Shown piece after piece: positions 31,094 through 40,963 of a DNA stretch of 64,000 nucleotides. The stretch lies in assembly GCA_963762255.1 (NCBI GenBank), contig CAVXKA010000002.1, positions 256,001-320,000 of the forward strand, written 5' to 3'. Positions within the stretch are counted from its first letter, which is position 1. Every line of letters starts with the position of its first letter. This DNA comes from Candidatus Eiseniibacteriota bacterium. Its GTDB lineage: Bacteria; Eisenbacteria; RBG-16-71-46; JABDJR01. Made by a program: the position numbers and the translations under genes. Below the pieces are notes generated by a model. It was not told the origin of the DNA, searched no databases, and saw only the letters and a list, made by a program, of their open reading frames with translations.

Positions 31094-31708
31094 CTACGGC
31101 AGGAACTGCGTCTTCACCCGGCCCCAACTCACCGCGCGCGCGGGCACATCCTGCCTCAGCCCCGTGCGGAACCAGAGGTCGGAGCCCGGGCGCGGCTCGC
31201 CGCTCACGATGTACGTCCCGGCGGGATACCCGGGGTCCGGAGCGGCGGCGAGCTGCGGGTTCCCCACGCCGGGCACATCCACGACCACCGCTTCGACGAC
31301 GTAGGTGCTGCCGGGGGTCAACGCCACCGGTGCGGCGAATTCGAACCGCGTGGGGCCGTCGTGCTCGTCCAGAACGGTGACCAGGCTGCTCGTGCCGAGG
31401 ATGGGACCCCCGATTGATCCCTCGCGGATGCGCGCGAACACGTCCGTCGGAGGTTCCGTCCCGGTCACGCCGTGGCTGATCCACAGCTCGACCACGTCCA
31501 TGGCCGGCTGCTGCGGTACGAACTCCTGCCCCGCCGGACCAAGCAGCCGGATGCTGAACCAGGTCCAGAGCTCGTCCGGAACGTGGCTCTGATCGACGGT
31601 GTAATCCGGATCCGCCGCGGCGGCCACCGCCGGGACGAGTATCAGCAGGAGAAGGCACGCTGGCACGCACGACTTCCGCGAGAGGACGGCACGCAAGTGT
31701 CTGATCAT
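31094..31708 (-). CDS. Secreted hypothetical protein with C-terminal SWGRVK motif
   Basis: RBS AAGGAG; signal peptide LLLILVPAVAAAA; beta-rich body; ends VPARAVSWGRVKTQFLP. Confidence 0.75.
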   Translation of the reverse strand: MIRHLRAVLSRKSCVPACLLLLILVPAVAAAADPDYTVDQSHVPDELWTWFSIRLLGPAGQEFVPQQPAMDVVELWISHGVTGTEPPTDVFARIREGSIGGPILGTSSLVTVLDEHDGPTRFEFAAPVALTPGSTYVVEAVVVDVPGVGNPQLAAAPDPGYPAGTYIVSGEPRPGSDLWFRTGLRQDVPARAVSWGRVKTQFLP

Positions 31709-31757
31709 GGTCTCAGGTCTCCTTGTGGCATGAGTGTTTTCGAACGGAAACGGTGAT

Positions 31758-33554
31758 TCAGCCCGATCGTCCGAACCGGCGGTGCAGCTCGGCGAGGTCC
31801 ATCCGGAGGAACACCGGGCGTCCGTGCGGGTCGCCCTGCGGCAATCTCGTCGCGAAGAGCTGATCCACGAGCGCGTTCATCTCGGCCAGCGAGAGCTTCT
31901 GTCCCGCCTTCACCGCGCCCTGGCAGGCCACCGCCCGCGCCACACGCTCGTTCACGTCCATCGCGGTGGGGAGATCGTCGAGGTGATCGAGCACGTCGTG
32001 CAGGAGCGCCCCCTCGCGCCACTCGCGCAAGCCCGCCGGGATCGCGTGCACGAGCACCGTCGTGCCGCCGAAGAGTTCCAGGTGGAAGCCGAGCTTCTCC
32101 ATCACCGCGTGGGTCTCCAGGAGCAACGATAGCTCGTCGTGGGTGAGCTCCACCGTCTCCGGGAAGAGCAGCTCCTGGCTCGTGGTGCGCGCCCCATCGA
32201 AGCGGAGCATCGCTTGCTCGAAGAGGACGCGCTCGTGCGCGGCGTGCTGATCGACGACCAGGAGGCCGCCCTGGATCGCAGCGAGGATGTAGGTCTCGTG
32301 GAGCTGCCACATGCTGGCCAGCGCCGGACCCGCGCTCTCGGGCGCGGCTTCGACCTCGATCGGTTCCGTGGACGCGGACCGAGGGAACGGAAAGACGTTG
32401 GGTGGGAGCGCTTCGCTGGCCGCATCGCCCACGCGACCCGCGCCTCCGGCCGGGGCGACCGCGCTCACCAGGCGCAGGGATCCCTGCGCATCGAGCCCGT
32501 CGCCAGGAAACGCAGGCGGCGGCTGCCAGTCCGTAGACGTCGTAAACTTCAGGGTCGGGAAATGCTCTTCCACGCGATCGCGCAGGAGGTGGATCATGCG
32601 CGGGTAGAGTTCGCGCTCGCGCAGGAGCCGCACCTCGCGCTTGGTCGGATGAACGTTGACGTCCACTTCGTCGGCGGGGAGCCGCAGATGCAGCACCGCC
32701 TCGGGATGGCGCGCGGGCGGGATGAGATCGCCGTAGCCCTGGCGCAGCGCCACCCGCAGCACCTGACTCATCACCCAGCGGCCGTTCACGAGAAAGGTCT
32801 GATGGCTGCCGCGGGCGCGCGAGTCCTCGGGAGCGCCCAGGAATCCCTCCAGCTCGAACCCGGGCAACTGCACCAGCACCGGGATCATGCGCGCCGCCTT
32901 GGCCCGACCGAGAATCTGCCCCACGCGCTCGTGAAGATCGGCCGCGGCGGGAAGGCGCATGGACTCGCGCCCCTCCACCACGAGGGAAAAGCTCACCTCC
33001 GGGCGGGCCAGCGCGTAGGCCTGGAGGAGCTGGGAGATGTAGCGCAGCTCGGCGGGCTCCCCCTTCAGGTACTTGCGGCGCGCGGGGGTGTTGAAGAAGA
33101 GATCGCGCACTTCGACGGTGGTTCCGGTCGCTCGGGCGACGGGGACGGGCGCGCCGATGCGCCCCCCCTCCACCAGGATCTCCGCCCCCTCGCCGCTCGC
33201 ATCCGCGCTGCTCAGGATCCGCAGCCGCGACACCGCGCCGATCGCAGCCAGGCCCTCGCCGCGGAAACCCAGCGAGTCGATGCGGGTGAGGTCATCGGTC
33301 TCGGCGATCTTGCTGGTGGCGTGGCGCTGCACCGCAATCGTGAGTTCGGCGGCGGGGATCCCCGCGCCGTCGTCGCTGACGCGCAGGAGCCCGGCGAGCT
33401 TCCCCTCCACCGCGACTTCGATGCGGTGCGCTCCGGCGTCGAGCGCGTTCTCCACCAACTCCTTCACGACGGAGCCGGGACGCTCGACCACTTCTCCCGC
33501 GGCGATCCGGCCCACCAGAGTCTCGGGCAGGACGCGGATCGGCCCCGTTCTCAC
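31758..33554 (-). CDS. mutL: DNA mismatch repair endonuclease MutL
   Basis: IAAGEVVERP, KELVENALDAG, GFRGE, DVNVHPTK, DQHAAHER, PHGRP. Confidence 0.96.
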   Translation of the reverse strand: MRTGPIRVLPETLVGRIAAGEVVERPGSVVKELVENALDAGAHRIEVAVEGKLAGLLRVSDDGAGIPAAELTIAVQRHATSKIAETDDLTRIDSLGFRGEGLAAIGAVSRLRILSSADASGEGAEILVEGGRIGAPVPVARATGTTVEVRDLFFNTPARRKYLKGEPAELRYISQLLQAYALARPEVSFSLVVEGRESMRLPAAADLHERVGQILGRAKAARMIPVLVQLPGFELEGFLGAPEDSRARGSHQTFLVNGRWVMSQVLRVALRQGYGDLIPPARHPEAVLHLRLPADEVDVNVHPTKREVRLLRERELYPRMIHLLRDRVEEHFPTLKFTTSTDWQPPPAFPGDGLDAQGSLRLVSAVAPAGGAGRVGDAASEALPPNVFPFPRSASTEPIEVEAAPESAGPALASMWQLHETYILAAIQGGLLVVDQHAAHERVLFEQAMLRFDGARTTSQELLFPETVELTHDELSLLLETHAVMEKLGFHLELFGGTTVLVHAIPAGLREWREGALLHDVLDHLDDLPTAMDVNERVARAVACQGAVKAGQKLSLAEMNALVDQLFATRLPQGDPHGRPVFLRMDLAELHRRFGRSG

Positions 33555-34825
33555 CACGCCGTTTCCTCGCCGGCCAGCGCGAGTTCCACTCTCCGCAGCC
33601 GCAAGGGCCAGCGCGGATCGTCCGCCTTCATCTGCATGTGCACGCGAAGGCCGGGCGCGGGCTCCCAGCGCCACCACGGCGAACGCTCCGCCTCGAAGGT
33701 GGCGGCGAACAGGGCGTCGGGCACGGTGAGCGTTCCTTCCAGCCCGAGACCTTCGCCCTCCACATGCATCAGCCGCCAGCCCGCGCCCTCGCGGCGCCAT
33801 ACGAGCGCGGCCGCGGCATCGAGCGCGATCAGGACCGGGCTCATCCAGCCGGCGAGAACGCTCTTCTCCGCCTGCGAGTCGGGCAACCCGTGCGCAGCCA
33901 GCGAACGCGCCTCGCGCCGCCAGCGCATGAGATCGCGCAGCGCCATGTCCTCGGCGACGCGGGTCAATGCGGCGGTGTGGAGCCGCCCGCGGCGTTCACC
34001 GGCGCCGCTCACCCGGAACTCCCCGCACTCGGTGCGCAGGGCAAGCACATCGCCGGAATCCCCGGGGCGGGCCCCCGCCGAGGCCCCGGTCCACAACCAC
34101 GGCACCCAGGTGTCCACGCCGCCATCCCACCAGAGCGCGATCGCCGCGTCGCGACCGAGTGCGTCCTCGACGAGGTAGCGGAAGGTGGCCTCGGGGCTTT
34201 CCCACGCTGCGGCCGAGCCGAGCTCAAGTTCGGGAGCGTGCTCGGAGGGCTCAATCGAGGGGGCAGGAACGACGGCAGGAGCTGGCACGGGAGCAGGGAC
34301 AGGAGCGGGAGCAGGAGCAGGCTCGGGAGGATGGTGGGAGCCATTTCCAGCCCCGGAACTCACCGTTTCATTGTGTGTTACCGGCGTTTCCTCAGGCGGA
34401 TTCGGGGGCGCTTGGGCGACCGGCGCGGCATGAGTCGTCGAGACGCGCACCGGGGGTGTCATGGCGCTCAGGGCGGAAGCGGCAGCCGCGGCCTGCGCGC
34501 TTACCGCCGCATGAACTGCCGGCGAGACCTCGCTCGCTGGCTGGAGCCCCTCCGGCAGAACGATTCGCGCCCCCACCTCGCGCCACGCCTTGGCCCACTC
34601 GGCGATCTCGTCGTGAGGCGCGGAGGGCACCACCACCACGTCGTCCGCGCGCGCGCGCGGCGGCTCGGTCAGCGCCGGCATCTGCGCGACATCCGCCAAC
34701 CTCAGGATCAGCGCCCCCGGATCGGGATGGACGACCAGCACCTCCGGGCGCGGGTCGAGACGGGAAAGTCGTGAGAGGACGTCCACATCCTTGCCTGCCA
34801 AGCCAAGGAGCACGTATCTGGGCAT
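33551..34825 (-). CDS. Hypothetical two-domain protein with Pro/Ala linker
   Basis: ATG 34825 after GGAG; PAPAPAPVPAPVPAPA linker; stop overlaps mutL start. Confidence 0.65.
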   Translation of the reverse strand: MPRYVLLGLAGKDVDVLSRLSRLDPRPEVLVVHPDPGALILRLADVAQMPALTEPPRARADDVVVVPSAPHDEIAEWAKAWREVGARIVLPEGLQPASEVSPAVHAAVSAQAAAAASALSAMTPPVRVSTTHAAPVAQAPPNPPEETPVTHNETVSSGAGNGSHHPPEPAPAPAPVPAPVPAPAVVPAPSIEPSEHAPELELGSAAAWESPEATFRYLVEDALGRDAAIALWWDGGVDTWVPWLWTGASAGARPGDSGDVLALRTECGEFRVSGAGERRGRLHTAALTRVAEDMALRDLMRWRREARSLAAHGLPDSQAEKSVLAGWMSPVLIALDAAAALVWRREGAGWRLMHVEGEGLGLEGTLTVPDALFAATFEAERSPWWRWEPAPGLRVHMQMKADDPRWPLRLRRVELALAGEETAW

Positions 34826-34847
34826 GGTTGTGTCTCCGCTGCTGCAA

Positions 34848-35876
34848 TCAGGTTTGAGGCAGGGCTCGCGCGGAGGCGGTTGTCGCGGACAGCACCGCGC
34901 CCACCACCCGACCCGTGTCGATGTCCGCCATGCAACGAAAGTGCACCCGAGGACATGCTTGCGAGCCATGCAGGGTGCAAGGACGGCAGGAGAGGCCCTC
35001 GTTCTCGATGACTCGGTGCCCCTCCCCCACCGGCGCGAAGCCGAACGCGCGGACGGTGGAACCCAATATTACCACCACCGGGGTACCCATCGCCGCCGCC
35101 AAATGCGCGAGGCCGGTGTCGTTGGAGACGATGCCGGAGAGCCCGCCGAGAGCTGCCGCCACGGTCCCGAGGTCCTCGCGAACCGCGATCCATTCCCCAT
35201 CCGAGGGCCAGAGAGCCCGCCACGCATCGAGGAGATCGCCCTCATCCGGGCCGAAGAAGACCGGGATCGGGCCCGCGCCGGCCGCGTGAAGGGCGCGCCC
35301 CGCCTGCGCGAAACGATCGAGGGGCCAGCGCTTGGTGAAGTACCTCGCTCCCGGGACGAGGCCGATGGCGCCTGAAGGGATCCCCAGGGACTCGGCGCGG
35401 GCCCGCGCCTCAGGCCCGGGATGCACGGAAGGAAGCGCGCGCGAGCCCGGTCGCACCGTCTCCGCGAACGACGCGGCGACGCTGAACCCGGCGGGCGGAC
35501 CCCATCGGTGTGTCCGCACCAGAAGCCGCCGCTCCAGATGCATGCGCCTCGGCCGGCGCACCGCGCGCAGCCCCGCCCACATGGCCAGGATCCGCGTCCT
35601 CTGCGAGGACTGGAGATCGAAGGTCTCGACGTAGCGCGCCTCGCGAAGCCGCGCCGCCCAGCGCGCGAGCCCGCGCGGACCGCGTTCGTCGCGCGGCCAC
35701 GCGAGCACGCGGCGCACCGCGGGATGGCCGTCCCAGATCGGGGCCCACTCCGATTTGACCAGCACGTCCAGGCAGCGGTCGCCGTGCACCTCGCGCGCCG
35801 CGTTGGCTGCGGCGGTGGCGAGTACGACGTCGCCGAGCGAACCCAGGCGGATGAGGAGTCGCGAGGCTCCGCTCAC
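34848..35876 (-). CDS. GT9 LPS heptosyltransferase (WaaF-like)
   Basis: IRLGSLGDVVL, PGA...KRWP, NDTGLAHLAAA, CRPC..HG...C. Confidence 0.9.
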   Translation of the reverse strand: MSGASRLLIRLGSLGDVVLATAAANAAREVHGDRCLDVLVKSEWAPIWDGHPAVRRVLAWPRDERGPRGLARWAARLREARYVETFDLQSSQRTRILAMWAGLRAVRRPRRMHLERRLLVRTHRWGPPAGFSVAASFAETVRPGSRALPSVHPGPEARARAESLGIPSGAIGLVPGARYFTKRWPLDRFAQAGRALHAAGAGPIPVFFGPDEGDLLDAWRALWPSDGEWIAVREDLGTVAAALGGLSGIVSNDTGLAHLAAAMGTPVVVILGSTVRAFGFAPVGEGHRVIENEGLSCRPCTLHGSQACPRVHFRCMADIDTGRVVGAVLSATTASARALPQT

Positions 35877-38245
35877 CGCGTGCGTTTCGACGGCGCCTTG
35901 GCGCGGGCGGGTCGAAGCGCGGCCTCCAGCACCTCCTCAAGGTTGTCGACGAGAACGAACTCCATCGAGTCCCGCACGCCTTCCGGCACCTCCTCGAGAT
36001 CGGCCGCGTTGTGCGCGGGCAGGATGATCCGTTCGATGCCGGCGCGCTTGGCCCCCAGCACTTTGTACTTGAGCCCGCCGATCGGAAGCACGGTACCCCG
36101 AAGCGAGATCTCGCCGGTCATGGCGGTGTCCGAGCGCACCGCGCGCCCGCTCACGAGCGATGCGAGCGCGGTCACCATCGCCACCCCCGCCGACGGCCCG
36201 TCCTTGGGCATCGCCCCCGACGGCACGTGGATGTGCGTGTCGAACTTCTCGAACTCGATGTTGTTGCCGCCCGCGATCTGCGCCGCGTGCGAGCGCACAT
36301 AGGAGAGCGCGGCCATGGCCGATTCGCGCATCACGTCGCCGAGATGTCCGGTGAGCGTGAGTTGGCCGCGTCCGGCCATGCGGGTCGCCTCCACGAAGAG
36401 GATCTCCCCACCGACTGGGGTCCAGGCGAGGCCGGTGACCACCCCCACCCGGTCCCGCCGCTCGCGCCGTTCGCGAAAGATCTTGGAGTTGCCGAGGTAC
36501 TGGGAGAGGTTCTTTCGCGTGACCAACACGTTCACGCGCTTACCGCGCGCGACACGGATGGCCACCTTGCGGGCCACGCTGGCGATCTGGCGCTCCAGCT
36601 CGCGCACTCCGGCCTCGTGGGTGTACTCGGCGGCGATGGCAGCCAGCGCGCGACGGTCGAAGCGCAGTTGCTTCGGCGTCACCCCGCTGTCGGCCAGAGC
36701 CCGCGGAACCAGGTAGCGCCACGCGATCTCCACCTTGTCGCCGGTCGTGTACCCGGGAAGCTCGATCACTTCCATGCGGTCCCGCAACGGACCCGGGATC
36801 GAGTAGAGCACGTTGGCGGTGGTGATGAAGAGCACCCGGGAGAGATCGTAGGCCACGTTCAGATAGTTGTCGTGGAAACTGTTGTTCTGCGCCGGGTCGA
36901 GCACCTCGAGGAGTGCCGAGGTGGGATCGCCGCGAAAATCGGCGCCCACCTTGTCGACCTCGTCGAGCATGAAGACCGGATCGACGGCCTTGGCCGAGGC
37001 CAATCCCTGAACGATGCGCCCCGGCATCGCCCCGATGTACGTGCGGCGATGGCCGCGGATCTCCGCTTCGTCGTGGAGTCCGCCCAGAGACAGGCGCACG
37101 AAGGGCCGCCCCAGCGCGCGGGCGATGGACTGGCCGAGCGAGGTCTTCCCCACCCCGGGAGGGCCGGAGAAGCAAAGGATCGGGCTCTTGGGGTGCTCGC
37201 TGAGCTTGCGCACCGCAAGGTACTCGAGGATGCGGGCCTTCACCTGGTCCAGGTCGAAATGGTCGTCGTTGAGGATCTTCTCCGCCTTGTCGACGTTGAT
37301 GGCGGGCCGCTGGACGACGCGCCACGGGAGCTGCAGCATCCAGTCGATGTACGTGCGCGCCACCGTGTACTCGGCGGCCTGTGGCGGCATCACGCGCAGA
37401 CGCTCGTACTCCTTGGTCGTGGCACCGAGCGCCTCCTCGGACATCCCCGCCTCGTCGATCCGCTTCTTGAGATCGGCCAGCTCGGCGTTCTCGTCGTCCC
37501 CACCCAGCTCTTTCTGAATCGCCTTCATCTGTTGGCGCAGGTAGAACTCCCGCTGCGTCTTCTCCATCTCGGTCTGGACCTGGTCCTGGATGCGCCGCCC
37601 CAGGGCGAGGATGTCCAGCTCGTGCACCATGAACGCGGTGACCCGTTCGAGCCGCTTTTCCGGGTTCTCCTCCTCGAGGAGCGCCTGCTTGTCCGCCAGT
37701 TCGAGGTTCAGGTTCGCGCCGAGGAAGTCGACGAAGCGACCGGGATCCTCGATGTTGAGCGCCACGACCTTGAGCTCGTCCGAAAGCGTGCTCGTCGCGT
37801 CCACCATCTTCTGGAAGAGTTCCAAAGCGTTTCGGCGGAGCGCCTCCGAGCGGCGGGTCTCCGGCTGATCGGCGGCCAGGACCTCCACGCGCCCCTTCAG
37901 AAACGGCTTTTCCTGCACCGTCTCCAGAAGCCGGACGCGCACCACCGCCTGCACCAGAAGCCGCATGCCGCCGTCGGGGAATCGGAGCATCTTGTGAATG
38001 ATCGCGGCGGTGCCGATTCGGGCGAGTTCCGACTCGGTGTCGGGACGCACGGTGAAGAGGCCGATGATCTTGTCGCCCGCGAGCGCTTCGTCCACGAGAT
38101 CGAGAATGTGCCTCTCGCTCACCACCATCGGAAACATCGTGTAGGGAAAGGCCACGATGTCCTGCATCGGGACCAGGCCCAGGATCTCCGGGATGCGCGG
38201 GAGCGGTCCCGGCTCTTCGAGCACGTGCTTCGGGTTCTCGTCCAT
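35873..38245 (-). CDS. lon: Lon protease
   Basis: GPPGVGKTS, EIRGHRRTYIGAMPG, GLAWT, KDGPSAG. Confidence 0.96.
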   Translation of the reverse strand: MDENPKHVLEEPGPLPRIPEILGLVPMQDIVAFPYTMFPMVVSERHILDLVDEALAGDKIIGLFTVRPDTESELARIGTAAIIHKMLRFPDGGMRLLVQAVVRVRLLETVQEKPFLKGRVEVLAADQPETRRSEALRRNALELFQKMVDATSTLSDELKVVALNIEDPGRFVDFLGANLNLELADKQALLEEENPEKRLERVTAFMVHELDILALGRRIQDQVQTEMEKTQREFYLRQQMKAIQKELGGDDENAELADLKKRIDEAGMSEEALGATTKEYERLRVMPPQAAEYTVARTYIDWMLQLPWRVVQRPAINVDKAEKILNDDHFDLDQVKARILEYLAVRKLSEHPKSPILCFSGPPGVGKTSLGQSIARALGRPFVRLSLGGLHDEAEIRGHRRTYIGAMPGRIVQGLASAKAVDPVFMLDEVDKVGADFRGDPTSALLEVLDPAQNNSFHDNYLNVAYDLSRVLFITTANVLYSIPGPLRDRMEVIELPGYTTGDKVEIAWRYLVPRALADSGVTPKQLRFDRRALAAIAAEYTHEAGVRELERQIASVARKVAIRVARGKRVNVLVTRKNLSQYLGNSKIFRERRERRDRVGVVTGLAWTPVGGEILFVEATRMAGRGQLTLTGHLGDVMRESAMAALSYVRSHAAQIAGGNNIEFEKFDTHIHVPSGAMPKDGPSAGVAMVTALASLVSGRAVRSDTAMTGEISLRGTVLPIGGLKYKVLGAKRAGIERIILPAHNAADLEEVPEGVRDSMEFVLVDNLEEVLEAALRPARAKAPSKRTR

Positions 38246-38249
38246 GGCC

Positions 38250-38678
38250 CTACTCCACCTCGATCTGGAATTCCTGGCTTTCCGACTGCGGTTGCGCCCG
38301 CAGCCGAATCTCCAGCACTCCGTCGCGGTAGGTCGCCGAAGCCTCCGACCGCCCGAAGGCCTCCGGGACCTGGATACTGCGCGCAAAGGGCCCCATGGCG
38401 ATCTCCATCTTGTGAAACGTCTTGCGGCCGGGTATGGACTCGTCCCTCCGGATCCCGCGCACGAGCACGCAGCAGCCGCGCATGAGGATCTGTATGTCCT
38501 CTCGGCGCACGCCGCTCACGTCCAGGCGGATCACGAACGTCGAGTCGGTCTCGTACGCGTCGGTGGCGGGGTACCACACCACGTCCGCCTCCACGCCGCT
38601 CCGCCCGGGCTCCTGGAAGAGATGCTCCACCAGGTCCCGGAAATGTCCCCACCGATCTTCGAACTTGTCGGCTGCCAC
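38250..38678 (-). CDS. Hsp20/alpha-crystallin small heat-shock protein
   Basis: WYPATDAYET, EIAMGPFARSI, ATYRDGVLEIRL. Confidence 0.88.
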   Translation of the reverse strand: MAADKFEDRWGHFRDLVEHLFQEPGRSGVEADVVWYPATDAYETDSTFVIRLDVSGVRREDIQILMRGCCVLVRGIRRDESIPGRKTFHKMEIAMGPFARSIQVPEAFGRSEASATYRDGVLEIRLRAQPQSESQEFQIEVE

Positions 38679-38687
38679 GGCGGTCTC

Positions 38688-39068
38688 CTACCAGGTCGAT
38701 TCGTTCGCCATACCTTCGTCGAAGACCATGACTCCGGCGAAGTCTTCGCGCCGATCTTCCTCGGTCTTGGTCATCAAACCCGCGTCGATGAGGTTGTACA
38801 CGATCTCGCCCACGTCCTCGCCGCGCAAGAGTCCCCAGTGGTTGAGCACGAGATGGGCCATGGGCCCGTACTCGGCCAGCGCCAGCTCCCGGAGTCCGCA
38901 CAGCAGATCCGAGCCGGTCACGTGCTCCGCCCGCCGCCCGGAGCGATGCCGGCCCTGATAGAAATCGAGCGCGGCCTGCACGAAGAAGTACGCGTCGCGA
39001 TGGTACCGGGCGTCCCGTGCCATCAGCGCGTCGAGCGTGCGCTCGTAGTCTTCCCGGGGGTCGCTCAC
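38688..39068 (-). CDS. Minf_1886-family protein
   Basis: D.RY...AYFFV..AL, HVTG..L..G.R, GPMA..VL..WG, DVGEIVYNLI. Confidence 0.8.
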   Translation of the reverse strand: MSDPREDYERTLDALMARDARYHRDAYFFVQAALDFYQGRHRSGRRAEHVTGSDLLCGLRELALAEYGPMAHLVLNHWGLLRGEDVGEIVYNLIDAGLMTKTEEDRREDFAGVMVFDEGMANESTW

Positions 39069-40759
39069 CGCGTGTCTCCGGTCCCGGGCGCGTCGGGAAT
39101 CGTGTTGCCCCAGGTCACGTCACCCACCCGCCCCAGCACCGAGTCCCTCCGGTAGTGGATGTCGTCCGGCTCCAAGTGGTCTCGGTTGAAGTGGAGTCCC
39201 CGGCTCTCCCGTCGCGCGGTGGCGAGCTGCAGGATGATCTCCGCCACCAGGGTGAGGTTGCGCAGCTCCAGCAGGTCGGAGTCCACCGCGAACCTGCGGT
39301 AGAAACGATCCACGTCCTCCCGGATGAGGGCAAGGTGCCGGGCCGCGCCGGCCATGCGCTCGTCCGATCTCACGATCCCCACGTAGTTCCACATGAGGCG
39401 GCGGACCGCGTCCCAGTTGTGGTTGATGATGACGTCCTCACGCGGGGCGCCGGTCGTGGGAACGATCCATGCGTCGGCCTCGGGGGGCGGCGGTCCCGCC
39501 AGCCACTTGGCAAGATCGCGTCCGGCGCGGTCGGCGAAGACCAGCGCTTCGAGAAGCGAGTTCGAGGCGAGGCGGTTGGCGCCATGGAGGCCGGTGTGCG
39601 CAACCTCGCCCACCGCGTAGAGCCGCGGGATATCGGTGGCGCCGGCGCGGTCGGTGCGCACCCCGCCGCACATGTAGTGGGCGGCGGGAACCACCGGAAT
39701 CGGTCGCGTCGCGGGATCGATCCCGTAGGCGCGGCATCCCTCCATGACCTGGGGGAAGCGCTCGTCCAGGAACGAGGCGCCGAGCGCGGTGGCGTCCAGC
39801 CACACGTGCTCCTCGCCGCGCGTCTTCATCTCCTGATCGATGGCGCGCGCCACCACGTCGCGGGGGGCGAGGTCGCCGAGCGGGTGGTGATTCTTCATGA
39901 ACGCGTTGCCGTCCAGCGTGCGCAACACCGCGCCCTCGCCGCGCATCGCCTCGGTGATCAGGAACCGGCGCGCCTGCGGGTGATAGAGGCAGGTGGGATG
40001 GAACTGCACGAACTCGAGGTTCGAGACGCGGGCCCCGGCGCGAAACGCCATCGCCACGCCGTCGCCGGTAGCGATATCGGGGTTCGAGGTGTAGAGGTAG
40101 ACCTTTCCCGAGCCTCCGGTGGCGAGCACGGTGGCCTTGGCCTGGTAAGCCGTCACCGAGCGCGCGTCGGGGGTGAGCACGTAAGCGCCCCAGCACGCCT
40201 CGCCGTCGTGCGAGGCGCCGCGCGACATGCGCGAGGCGAGGATCAGGTCGATCGCGAAGTGGTGCTCGAGCACGGTGATGTTCGGGCGCGCAGCCACCGC
40301 GGCCAGCAGCGCCTTCTCGACCTCGGCCCCGGTGCGGTCGGCGGCGTGAACGATGCGCCGCACCGAGTGCCCCCCCTCGCGCCCGAGGGCCAGCTCGCCG
40401 TCGCTCTTCTGCGTGAAGTCCACCCCGAGACCCTGGAGCTCGCGCACGAGGGTGGGCCCCTCCTCCACTACCAACCGCACCACTTCGGGGTGGCAGAGCC
40501 CCGCTCCCGCGTCCAGGGTGTCCCGCACGTGCAGGTCGGCGTGATCGTGGGGATCCAGCACCGCGGCGATCCCCCCCTGAGCGTAGTTGGTGTTGGATTC
40601 CGGCCGCGCCTTCTTGGTCACCAGGGTGACCGAGCCCCGGCGGCTGGCGGTGAGGGCGGCCCAGAGGCCGGCCAGGCCGGTGCCAAGGATCAAGACGTCG
40701 GTGTGGCGGGGGGGTTCGGCGACCATTTCGGATTCCGTGGGCCAGGGACGGGGCCTCAT
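39065..40759 (-). CDS. nadB: L-aspartate oxidase
   Basis: ILGTGLAGL, YAQGGIA, REGGHS, QFHPT, GLHGANRLASNSL; alternative start 40726. Confidence 0.95.
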   Translation of the reverse strand: MRPRPWPTESEMVAEPPRHTDVLILGTGLAGLWAALTASRRGSVTLVTKKARPESNTNYAQGGIAAVLDPHDHADLHVRDTLDAGAGLCHPEVVRLVVEEGPTLVRELQGLGVDFTQKSDGELALGREGGHSVRRIVHAADRTGAEVEKALLAAVAARPNITVLEHHFAIDLILASRMSRGASHDGEACWGAYVLTPDARSVTAYQAKATVLATGGSGKVYLYTSNPDIATGDGVAMAFRAGARVSNLEFVQFHPTCLYHPQARRFLITEAMRGEGAVLRTLDGNAFMKNHHPLGDLAPRDVVARAIDQEMKTRGEEHVWLDATALGASFLDERFPQVMEGCRAYGIDPATRPIPVVPAAHYMCGGVRTDRAGATDIPRLYAVGEVAHTGLHGANRLASNSLLEALVFADRAGRDLAKWLAGPPPPEADAWIVPTTGAPREDVIINHNWDAVRRLMWNYVGIVRSDERMAGAARHLALIREDVDRFYRRFAVDSDLLELRNLTLVAEIILQLATARRESRGLHFNRDHLEPDDIHYRRDSVLGRVGDVTWGNTIPDAPGTGDTR

Positions 40760-40963
40760 GGCAAAGCTTCAGAGGCCGATACTATCGGAACGCCTCTCCC
40801 CTCACAAGGCGAGGGCCAAATCCCCCAGCCGGATACGGCCGGCGACGCCGCGGTTCACGCCCGCCGCCAGAGGCACCGATATCCGGGGTGGACCTAGTCG
40901 CCCGCCGCGGTCGCCGCTTGCGCGATGCCGACCCGGAGGCCTGTTCGATAAGGAGGAGAGAGG

